Virus record (IMG/VR): IMGVR_UViG_3300037245_001213
Span: 7,053 to 71,052 of that record
Length of the DNA stretch: 64,000 bases
Reading direction: 5' to 3' (one strand)
Source of the DNA: a virus
Below the pieces are notes generated by a model. That model made no database searches, was not told the DNA's origin, and was given only the letters and a program-made list of their open reading frames with translations. How positions within the stretch are numbered: the stretch's first letter is position 1; each line of letters starts with the position of its first letter. A program made the translations under genes and the position numbers. Positions 55,934 to 64,000 of the stretch are shown in pieces.

Positions 55934-56823
55934 TTAAAGACAGCGGCGAACGAACAGACTTTGATTCAGGGGCGCAGCGTGATTGCGCCGAGGGGAAGGG
56001 CAGGTTAGATCTTATGCCTTTCAGAGCCATGATGGAACTGGCTAAGATATATGAGGAAGGCGCAAAGAAATACGACGCCAACAACTGGCGTCGTGGGATA
56101 CCCTTATCAAGATATTTGGACTCAGGGCTTAGGCATCTATCTAAGTGGGCAGCAGGGATGCGGGATGAACCTCACCTTGAGCAGGCTGCCTGGAACATCA
56201 TGGGTTTGATCGAGACTCAGGTGCTGATAAGTGAAGGCTGCTTGCCAGAATCTTTGAACGACCTACCTTACAACAAGTTGGAGATCTCTGACAATCCTCA
56301 CAACATTCCGGAGTTGAAGATAGCTGATCCGGCTGTCAAGGATTTCCCTGAACGTAAAGTGAACTCTGACGGAATACCTACAATGGATTGTAAACTAACC
56401 GAAAGAAATAACTTTATTGCGCGGTGCGAGGCTCATAGCCTGGTTGCAGTCGACAAGAAGACATTGCAGATGGAATGCAAAGACTGGCAATGTATGGTGG
56501 CTAAGCAGACTCTGAAAGAGCAAGGTACCGAGGCCGAGCGCACTAAAGATGTAGTTAAGTTAAGCATACCTGAGAAAGAGGTAAATCTCCTGAGTCAAGA
56601 GACTGTTGAAGAGATTTACATGGCCCCGCCTACGAAACAGGTGAAAGAGTCTGACGACCTGTGCTTCGCCAAGGAAGAGGCATTCGTGGGCATCAAAGAC
56701 TGGGGCACGCCCATGACGCCTGAAGAGATCGCTGACACCTGGCGTAAGGCGCATGAGAAGGAGTACCCGGACGTCGACCCAGATGGGGACCTGTACATGA
56801 AACCGATTGGAGGTTTACTATGA
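55930..56823 (+). CDS. hypothetical protein (possible MazG-like/nucleotide pyrophosphohydrolase-related N-domain)
   Basis: N-term DFDSGAQRDCAEGKGRLDLMPFRAMMELAKIYEEGAKKYDANNWRRG; recalled family resemblance only. Confidence 0.45.
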   Translation: MIKDSGERTDFDSGAQRDCAEGKGRLDLMPFRAMMELAKIYEEGAKKYDANNWRRGIPLSRYLDSGLRHLSKWAAGMRDEPHLEQAAWNIMGLIETQVLISEGCLPESLNDLPYNKLEISDNPHNIPELKIADPAVKDFPERKVNSDGIPTMDCKLTERNNFIARCEAHSLVAVDKKTLQMECKDWQCMVAKQTLKEQGTEAERTKDVVKLSIPEKEVNLLSQETVEEIYMAPPTKQVKESDDLCFAKEEAFVGIKDWGTPMTPEEIADTWRKAHEKEYPDVDPDGDLYMKPIGGLL

Positions 56824-57440
56824 CAGTCCCGTCGAGTTTAATGAACCTGAATGGTAACATGATGGTGTCGATAGACGTCGAGACCACCGGGCTGCTGGCG
56901 GGTGTCCACGAGATTGTGCAAATCGCTGTGGTGCCCCTGGACGGGGATCTGGTGCCGTGTGAGAATCACAAGCCATTCTACCATCACATCGCTCCGCAGA
57001 GACCGGAGAATGTTCAGAAGAAAGCCTTTGCTATAAACGGCCTGGACCTTGACTGGCTGTTAGCCAATGGCTTAGATCCTTGGAGGGCTGCTGATCTCTT
57101 TGATGACTGGTTTCAAGCTTTGGAACTGCCATTCGGGAAGAGGCTAGTTGCTCTTGCACACAACTATCCATTCGAGCGGGGGTTCCTAATTAACTGGTTA
57201 GGCCCTGAATCGTTCGAGCAGTTTTTCTATATCCATCCGCGTGACACCCAGGCCTTTGGGGCCATGATAAACGATGCGGCTGTGTATCATGGGAAGAAGA
57301 TTCCGTTCAATAATTTGAGCTTGACTGCCATGACTAAAATTTTTGGTATAGATAATGAAAAAAGCCACGACGCGTTAGCCGACGCCTTGGCCGGGGCTAA
57401 GCTCTACCGCGAGCTTATTCTCAGTTTTGGCCGCAATTAG
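56820..57440 (+). CDS. DEDDh 3'-5' exonuclease (DnaQ-like)
   Basis: Exo I IDVETTG, Exo III SHDALADALAGAKLY. Confidence 0.7.
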   Translation: MTVPSSLMNLNGNMMVSIDVETTGLLAGVHEIVQIAVVPLDGDLVPCENHKPFYHHIAPQRPENVQKKAFAINGLDLDWLLANGLDPWRAADLFDDWFQALELPFGKRLVALAHNYPFERGFLINWLGPESFEQFFYIHPRDTQAFGAMINDAAVYHGKKIPFNNLSLTAMTKIFGIDNEKSHDALADALAGAKLYRELILSFGRN

Positions 57441-57513
57441 TTGTTTTCGTTTATCTCGCTCTGCTCGCCTCCTATCTGCGCGGCGGGGTGGACGAGGACG
57501 CACTGTGTTGACG

Positions 57514-57550
57514 GGACGAGGTCCTTGTGGCCTCGTCCGGTTTTCTCTGC
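57514..57550 (+). terminator. rho-independent terminator (plus strand)
   Basis: GGACGAGG-n9-CCTCGTCC followed by GGTTTTCTCT, at the end of the plus block. Confidence 0.65.
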
Positions 57551-57591
57551 ATTTCTTGCACTTGGACATAATATGAATATCATAGAGGAAG

Positions 57592-58134
57592 CTATTCAAT
57601 GCTTAGATTCACACCTAGAAGGTTGATGGCCTTACAGGAACTGAAGTCCGTTAAGGCGGCTCTGTGGATGTACACGCCATACTTGTGCATCTCTCGTCGG
57701 CAAGACTCTGTGAGTTGATCCTCGACCTCTCCGCTGATCTCAGCCAAGAGGGAATCAAAGTCCCAGGCGGTGATCACCTCGACTATCGCGGCTTGAGATA
57801 TATCGTTGATTGTGTCATCAACGTCATAGTTCCGCTCGCCGATGGCTTTCACAATATCGTTAATCGAATAGACAACGACCCCGCCTGCGACAACTTGTTT
57901 GCCGTCTTTCGACATTAAGGCTTGAGTGTCCGTGTTTAAGGTTTGTCTAGCAACTGGTGTAATTTCTGTTGTGCTAATTAAAGGCCAATACCACCGCCAC
58001 CCAGGTTTCATTTCTACGGGGTTTCCTCGTAACCCCCATTTCACTCCTCGGTGGGTTGCAGGAATTATCACCCTGCGTGGAATGAATTCCAGCAGCGCGG
58101 TTATGATATCACTTAGCCATTGAAACATTACCAT
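57592..58134 (-). CDS. hypothetical protein
   Basis: ORF. Confidence 0.5.
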   Translation of the reverse strand: MVMFQWLSDIITALLEFIPRRVIIPATHRGVKWGLRGNPVEMKPGWRWYWPLISTTEITPVARQTLNTDTQALMSKDGKQVVAGGVVVYSINDIVKAIGERNYDVDDTINDISQAAIVEVITAWDFDSLLAEISGEVEDQLTESCRREMHKYGVYIHRAALTDFSSCKAINLLGVNLSIE

Positions 58135-58697
58135 TTCTCCAGGGGACAGTGCTCTGTCGCCATCTTGATCTTGTTGAAGATGGCCATCCCACCTTCACTT
58201 ACCCTACACCCACAGCCCTTGCATCTAGACTTCTCCTTGTCATACCAATCGCAGCCCTTGCAATGGGTCTCAAGGATATCCTTAATCTCTTCAGGGCTTC
58301 TAACCGGTCTTCCGCCCGCTTGCCATTTCCGTAAGGCATTCTGGTAGTTCATCAACTGCACAGTAAGAGCAGGGTATTCCTTACCATCTTCGGCCATCAC
58401 TTTCAAATTCAGAGCTTGGGTCACTTCATTCGATGAAATCTTCCCACTAAACACGTCCGCGATGTCAATGCCGGCATTTTCAAGATCTTTAGATGTGAAC
58501 GTTTCGCTTGTTTCGCTGCTTACTTTTACTTTCTCAGCCTCACAGTTGGTACATTTCTTAGCATTAGTGACTTTGAATGGGCAGCCAGAGCACAAATCTG
58601 ACTCGACTATTTCTAGAAAAGAATCACACTTCTTGTTCACACACCTTACCTTCTCGGTCTCTTTAGCCTTCTCTCTCTGTGCAAATTTACATATCAT
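58128..58697 (-). CDS. multi-CxxC zinc-binding protein
   Basis: CVNKKC, CSGC, CTNC, CKGC, CKGCGC. Confidence 0.45.
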   Translation of the reverse strand: MICKFAQREKAKETEKVRCVNKKCDSFLEIVESDLCSGCPFKVTNAKKCTNCEAEKVKVSSETSETFTSKDLENAGIDIADVFSGKISSNEVTQALNLKVMAEDGKEYPALTVQLMNYQNALRKWQAGGRPVRSPEEIKDILETHCKGCDWYDKEKSRCKGCGCRVSEGGMAIFNKIKMATEHCPLEKW

Positions 58698-61600
58698 CCT
58701 AAATCTCCTGATGGCGTCCCGACTCCAGCCCCTACAGAAGGAATGTTCGGATTTGTCCAATAGGGGTCATCAGCGTCACTGACATGTGCATTGTCAATCA
58801 TTCCATTAGTCGGAACATTAGGTTCCAGGGCCGCATCTGAATCGGCTGTTTGTGTGCAGGGTCTTCCTGTGTTTGCATCGACTGCACGGCAATTTCTTAT
58901 TGAGGGAGGTGTACTTACCCCTGTCTCCATGCAATCCCAATGGTCTCCGTGTACTGGGTTTGCCCTTGCATATGCTAATGCGCCAGCGTATGAAGAGTAT
59001 GTCCTCCTCTTCCAATAAAAGGTACCATAGCATGAGGGACACCCTCCTTGACAGCCACAAGGACCTCCACACCCTTTGAAAGTGTTCAAGTTCGTGCCTT
59101 GGCCCTCACTAGTGTGCATCAAAATCTCAACGCACCAGGCGCAAGCACCTGTATCGTTGTCGCAGCATTTATCGCTAGCGCTTTTATCATCATCAGAGTC
59201 TTCTGAATCTTCCTCGTCATCTCCGTCATCTTCATCGTCCGCTATGCTGGCGGTAGTTCTGGGCAGGGATTGCGCTTCTTCTTGATGAGATAAAAGATTA
59301 CTTTTCGCACGTTTCCAAGCTTTTAATTCGACCGACTCTTCAAAGGCCAGATCGTTAAGTTCATCCGACACCAGGCAAAGAACGGAAGGGGTCACATCAT
59401 CAAGGTCCGATGGATGCTTATCACCTAGACTCATTTCCCTGTTATCATCGGTGTGAAACCCCCCGGCCAGCAAGTGGCCAGCAGGTGGCTTCATTATTGA
59501 GTTATACCCATTGGACCCGTTAGTGTCCCCATATAAGGGCCATTCCCTTAGTCCTGGCTTGTCGGCAGGCCAAGCCCAGTAATACTCGTCACTTTCGCCA
59601 GAGCGTATGGGTGTCCAACATTCTATCTCTATAGTGTAATCTTTAGACGAATAGTCTACTTTAGTAATGATACACTTGATAGACGAGGACAAAAACTGAG
59701 GGAAATCCAGCGTAATACAATCCGTCACATCCAGGGTCATATATTTCATCGGTACCTTGAATTTCAACATTCTCCATGAATTAGCTTCACGTATTAACCA
59801 GAATGTAGCGCTCTTTAGAATGGTCGAATAGGTATTTTGAGAGAAATAGTCAGTGTCTTTCTCATGGTCCCCATACTTTTCTACATTGTATTTCAAATCA
59901 ATTGTGAACTCGTTGTCGCCTCCATTTATGTCGGCACCAGATTTGATATACTTTATCAAGTGGTGAGTATAAATATCCGCAGAGGCAGACAGGCTTTCTT
60001 CAAAACTATTGTGCAATATATCAGACGCACTTAATTGCAAAACAGGAGTAGGCTCTTTAGATAGATAAACCAGAAAGATGGTTTTGTCTCTCACATATAT
60101 GGAGCACCTTCCTTGATATGCGATGTCCTGAATTAGGCTATAAACATTAGGACGATCCAGTATGAACATATTACAAGGATATTTTTCCATGTCCAACTTT
60201 ACCGAAGCAAAAGAATCTGTATCAATTGAAAGGTCAGTGTATTGCTCTACCAACCATGTTATGACATCGGCAATGTTGGGGCCTATCTCGGACACAAAAG
60301 ATACGTATAACTGGGATTCAAAATTATCATCTAAAAGGTTTAGATCTTTTTCCATATGAATTTCTACAACCTGATAAGTGCCATAATCCACTGTCTCAAC
60401 TTCGTAGTAATCTGTTGGGACCACGGTCAGTAATTGTTTTCCATTAGGAAGTGTTTTGTATGCTGCCACGCCTGTCACTACCCCGGGCATTAAACTGACT
60501 ACGTATATACTTTCTGCTTCGGTGCTTAGAAACACATCAGTCCCAGGAGGATGCCAATCGAAGGACTCCCCATCCATGTCATTGTAAACTTTCCACGAGT
60601 CCACCGTTCCGCCTGTCGGGCCCACATCACGACTCCACACTGCGTCACATGCCCTGAGTGTGTCTCCGGTCCATTTTATACTTGACTCAGAACCAGAATG
60701 CGTAGAGTATACTCCAGGTGCTCCTGATCCCCGCCAATTGTCAAATGACCCGTCATCTAATAGCCTTTGTCTTGTCCCATCAGAAGGCATCAGTATGCTC
60801 TGGAATCTCCTTCGGCCTTGACCCTTACATTCATAAGGTACCCAGTCAGCTAATTGCGAATGCTGCCTCTCATTTATTGTGAACGTGTTACCTGAGAACG
60901 TGCCTTTTATTGCCGCCCCGTCGATATAAAGGGTGAGAGTTTCGTCTTGAGGGAACTCAGAACCATTGAAAATATCTACAGTGGTAGCCTCATGGGCCAG
61001 TTGATCATCTAACATCAATTTCAAGTGGCAAATTTCCGCGTGCCTATCTAGCCTACATTGTTTCTCCGCTGTCTTAGCCTGCACCCACCTTTCAGAGTGG
61101 GTAGGATTCAGAGACTCGTCCAGGCACAATTTCTGTGCTTTGAAGCTGGTGTAGAGTTTGTAGCACAATACCTTAGTGTCCGCTCCCCTATCTACATACT
61201 CGTTCATAGTGCTCGTGAGCGGGCATCTTATTTTCTGTGCTTGGCACAACCTAATGTTTAAGGTCCAATCGTGGATTCCCACACCGCCCATTAAATAACC
61301 TTGGCGTGGCGCCCGCACTTTGACGGCGGGTATATGACATACCTCACCAAATACGAGCGGCCACGCCTGTCCCAGCGCCTCCTCTGGGATATCTGGAAAG
61401 TCACCTTCTTCCATTGAGAAGCCGACTGTTCTACCTTCTAGTTTAGACAACACATCAAATGAAAGAGTTCTGTCTCCCTCCCCCCATTCGACGGGTGTAA
61501 CTAACTCCCCATCAAACAAAAGAACTTTCTCTGAGAGGGACATACCATTAAACATGAGGTATATCTTCACACGGGATTTGTGTATGTCGAGTGTTTTACT

Positions 61601-61858
61601 TATAGTTTTCAATGATCCGTCAGTATCATCTAAAACAATTTTCGCATTCAAGCTATCGCTGGTGCCCCTGACAGTCATTGAAGTATCGAAGTTACCTATT
61701 GAAAGTATCTTCGGGTAGGGGTAGTCTGCACCCGCTATCTTGCGGTCAGAGTAGAGCGTTTCGTCGCCTTCCCCCCATTGCACCCCGACCACAAGCACCG
61801 GCTCGGTTCCCGTTGGGGAGTTGAGTTTAGAATCTATACCGGATGAAAAAGACTTCAT
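58694..61858 (-). CDS. large virion structural protein (tail/baseplate-like), Cys/Gly-rich C-terminus
   Basis: 1054 aa; duplicated VQWGEGDETL / VEWGEGDRTL segments; function guessed from size and position only. Confidence 0.5.
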   Translation of the reverse strand: MKSFSSGIDSKLNSPTGTEPVLVVGVQWGEGDETLYSDRKIAGADYPYPKILSIGNFDTSMTVRGTSDSLNAKIVLDDTDGSLKTISKTLDIHKSRVKIYLMFNGMSLSEKVLLFDGELVTPVEWGEGDRTLSFDVLSKLEGRTVGFSMEEGDFPDIPEEALGQAWPLVFGEVCHIPAVKVRAPRQGYLMGGVGIHDWTLNIRLCQAQKIRCPLTSTMNEYVDRGADTKVLCYKLYTSFKAQKLCLDESLNPTHSERWVQAKTAEKQCRLDRHAEICHLKLMLDDQLAHEATTVDIFNGSEFPQDETLTLYIDGAAIKGTFSGNTFTINERQHSQLADWVPYECKGQGRRRFQSILMPSDGTRQRLLDDGSFDNWRGSGAPGVYSTHSGSESSIKWTGDTLRACDAVWSRDVGPTGGTVDSWKVYNDMDGESFDWHPPGTDVFLSTEAESIYVVSLMPGVVTGVAAYKTLPNGKQLLTVVPTDYYEVETVDYGTYQVVEIHMEKDLNLLDDNFESQLYVSFVSEIGPNIADVITWLVEQYTDLSIDTDSFASVKLDMEKYPCNMFILDRPNVYSLIQDIAYQGRCSIYVRDKTIFLVYLSKEPTPVLQLSASDILHNSFEESLSASADIYTHHLIKYIKSGADINGGDNEFTIDLKYNVEKYGDHEKDTDYFSQNTYSTILKSATFWLIREANSWRMLKFKVPMKYMTLDVTDCITLDFPQFLSSSIKCIITKVDYSSKDYTIEIECWTPIRSGESDEYYWAWPADKPGLREWPLYGDTNGSNGYNSIMKPPAGHLLAGGFHTDDNREMSLGDKHPSDLDDVTPSVLCLVSDELNDLAFEESVELKAWKRAKSNLLSHQEEAQSLPRTTASIADDEDDGDDEEDSEDSDDDKSASDKCCDNDTGACAWCVEILMHTSEGQGTNLNTFKGCGGPCGCQGGCPSCYGTFYWKRRTYSSYAGALAYARANPVHGDHWDCMETGVSTPPSIRNCRAVDANTGRPCTQTADSDAALEPNVPTNGMIDNAHVSDADDPYWTNPNIPSVGAGVGTPSGDLG

Positions 61859-62238
61859 TGTGTTTCCTCTAATTCTAGAGTGATGTTCACGGTCTCTTCA
61901 CCTGGCCAACCAAAGGCACGGCTCTTCCCAACAAAATCTACAGGGTTATTTTTCAAGTACCCTATATGTACATTGTTGTCGTGGTCGGTTATTTTGATCT
62001 TTGAGGCGAAATAAGTGTCGATAAAATCGCTGAGTTCTTTTGACTTGTTAAGACTCAATGTGAAATCCCACCTAAGCTTTTTCAAGTTATCTCTGCTGAC
62101 CACGTAGGTATAGAGAGTACCATCTGTGGCTCTCATTGTTTTTACGGAAGATCTCAAGAGTGAATTGTTTCCAAAGTTAGGTGAGGGAAGCAAAGTCGTC
62201 ACGCTGTATTTAGGATAAGGAGCCATAAGTATAAACAT
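61855..62238 (-). CDS. hypothetical virion-associated protein
   Basis: ORF. Confidence 0.45.
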   Translation of the reverse strand: MFILMAPYPKYSVTTLLPSPNFGNNSLLRSSVKTMRATDGTLYTYVVSRDNLKKLRWDFTLSLNKSKELSDFIDTYFASKIKITDHDNNVHIGYLKNNPVDFVGKSRAFGWPGEETVNITLELEETQ

Positions 62239-63845
62239 TAGACTGTTACTCCGGAGGCGATGTGTGTCAAAGCCATGCTAGTGTCTCCTGTGTCGTCAGG
62301 CCATGCGCCTCCGACCTCGTCACTAAGGTCTGTGTCGCTGGTCAAGTCGCGCTCGTGCAAAATAATTTTTGTGGTCGATAAGGTGAAGGCCAAGTCATTA
62401 GAAGATACTCCATCACTGTTCACACTCGCGGCAGCATTATGTATTAAGGACAGCCCACTACCTTGAATTCCGTCTCTCCATGCACCTCCTACCTCGTCTA
62501 CAAACGTAAGGTCAGTGTTTGCCCCTGGGTCTTTATGTATGCCTGCCCCCTGGGCGGCGTCTAGTACATTACCAGGTGAATAGCCGTCTATCTTCTCGCC
62601 TTCAAAAGTCAAGTGTATCGTCCACTTGTCCTTACCATCATGGGTCATTGCGTCGTTGGGCTTTTCAATTATGCCTTCCCATTCATGTCCTTCCCAGTCG
62701 GTGAGACCTATAACCTGCCCAAGGTAGGTGGACATGAAATCTTGCAAGTCGTCGATGTCTGAAGTCGTCAACCCAGTTATTGTGATTCTCAGCCTTTTCA
62801 CTGTAGGCCACTCAGGATCGTTGAAGACTATCAGTTCCCCTCCACGTGTCTCCCTGTTGATTCTTGAGTGTTTGTTACTGTGGATATCTCCCCACTCAGG
62901 GGCCCTTAAAACTACTTCAGAGACGCGTCCTCCTCTCGGAGGGTAGTAGAGACTGAACCTGTTGGCGCCGCCATACTGGGGGGTCGTCATAACAGTAGGC
63001 ATAGACAGGGTATCAGATGTATTATCCCCGGAGAAGGGGGAGTAATTCTTGCGATTGCATGGGGAGTCCTCGAAGTAAGTGAGAGAGTGCCCGATGCCCA
63101 AGTCTGTGGCTACAGGTAACCTGAATGTCCCTCTAACGTGTAAGGTATGAGAGATTCCGAGATGCTGAACCTCTACCCCTATTCCCTTTGCGTGCGTGGC
63201 CTCGTGCGTGAATACCAAGGTATCTGTTACAAAAGACATCCTACCTAATCCATAGAAATCTATCCAATCTTCTATATTGAGATCAATGGGAACTGTGCCC
63301 CTATCAGAGATAGGTAGGGTGGTCTCGGCGTATACGTACTTATTTAGGCTTCTGGGAGTGTTAGTAAACCACAGTAATGAGTGCGCTAGCACATTTATAG
63401 GTCCTCGTACATCGACTTCGTGCGTGAGTGTAAAAAGTTGCGAAGGATCTAGATTTCCCTGGCTTTTCGCCGACTGTGTAAAGCCAAGAACATTTGTAGG
63501 TACTTCTCGGTCCCCTACGAAATTAAAACTGATTTCGTAAGAGTCAAAAACCAAGGTATCGGAGACGGGAAGGTGAGGACCTTTGGTCACCTTCCCTGCG
63601 ATGCCTAATGAGTTGGATGCAGATATATAATTATGGTAGCCTGCGCCGCTTTGTAAGTTTAGCGTTTGCTCGACAAACATGTTTATCGAGGCTTTGTACA
63701 ATACATTTACGTACTGACGGGTTACACGAAGTTTGCCATCTGAGGCTTCATTAAGTGATTGAACATACTGACGTGTTACACGTAACTTACCACTGGTTAC
63801 TGGGCCACCAGTTGTGATGTAATGCTGGGTGAGGCGTATTGACAT
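62238..63845 (-). CDS. structural protein with internal tandem repeats
   Basis: SGKLRVTRQYVQSLNEASDGKLRVTRQYVNVLYKAS and SDEVGGAWRDG/SDEVGGAWPDD repeats. Confidence 0.5.
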   Translation of the reverse strand: MSIRLTQHYITTGGPVTSGKLRVTRQYVQSLNEASDGKLRVTRQYVNVLYKASINMFVEQTLNLQSGAGYHNYISASNSLGIAGKVTKGPHLPVSDTLVFDSYEISFNFVGDREVPTNVLGFTQSAKSQGNLDPSQLFTLTHEVDVRGPINVLAHSLLWFTNTPRSLNKYVYAETTLPISDRGTVPIDLNIEDWIDFYGLGRMSFVTDTLVFTHEATHAKGIGVEVQHLGISHTLHVRGTFRLPVATDLGIGHSLTYFEDSPCNRKNYSPFSGDNTSDTLSMPTVMTTPQYGGANRFSLYYPPRGGRVSEVVLRAPEWGDIHSNKHSRINRETRGGELIVFNDPEWPTVKRLRITITGLTTSDIDDLQDFMSTYLGQVIGLTDWEGHEWEGIIEKPNDAMTHDGKDKWTIHLTFEGEKIDGYSPGNVLDAAQGAGIHKDPGANTDLTFVDEVGGAWRDGIQGSGLSLIHNAAASVNSDGVSSNDLAFTLSTTKIILHERDLTSDTDLSDEVGGAWPDDTGDTSMALTHIASGVTV

Positions 63846-64000
63846 TATTGCAACTCTATTCCGAATGTGGCTGCGTTGACACCGCTAACGGTCCATGCGG
63901 CGGAGGTATCAGGATCTTTTTCAAAGGCATAGGTGTAGGTTTGAAAGGTCACCACATTAGTAGTGACACTGCTAGAGTTTTCCACCGTGCTGCCAGATTC
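63846..64000 (-). CDS. 3' end of a minus-strand gene running off the window
   Basis: Open frame continues to the window edge. Confidence 0.3.

Overview
The window reads as a contiguous piece of a large virulent dsDNA phage genome (about 50% GC; host likely Gram-negative, judging from PEP-CTERM cargo). Genes are densely packed, with ATGA/TAATG overlapping junctions and many ORFs under 100 aa. They run in four strand blocks: plus 1-12179, minus 12209-52433, plus 53174-57440, minus 57592-64000.

Recognisable content:
- Nucleotide metabolism: ThyX, dUTPase, dCMP deaminase, a HAD nucleotidase, and an intein-interrupted ribonucleotide reductase.
- Replication: family-A DNA polymerase, AEP-primase/SF3-helicase fusion, SNF2-like helicase, ATP-dependent DNA ligase, PD-(D/E)XK nucleases, DEDDh exonuclease, two ParB-like proteins.
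- RNA repair: RtcB, an Rnl2-like RNA ligase fused to a tRNA-binding OB domain, a minimal nucleotidyltransferase and a metallophosphoesterase, next to a cluster of about 11 tRNA or tRNA-like genes. Only one of these (tRNA-Asn GTT) folds canonically by eye.
- Modification enzymes: a beta-class DNA methyltransferase, a radical-SAM/SPASM enzyme, a GT41 (OGT-like) glycosyltransferase and a TylCIII-type Zn-ribbon SAM methyltransferase.
- Virion genes at the 3' end (large tail-like proteins).

Unusual features:
- Two signal-peptide/PEP-CTERM proteins next to a C39-like cysteine peptidase and several tiny membrane peptides.
- Three paralogous ~85-aa proteins with a CGHGFT/ALD motif next to the rSAM/SPASM gene.
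- A ~430-bp iteron array (AACTAACC/GGTTAGTT cores) between a ParB-like gene and the primase-helicase.
- A sigma70-like promoter family (TTGACa-N16-TATACT, often with an AAAGTGTG element), frequently placed straight after tRNA genes.
- A (CT)11 microsatellite abutting a start codon just downstream of a strong terminator.
- Many families of paralogous small proteins.

All protein functions are inferred from motifs read in the supplied translations. No database search was possible.
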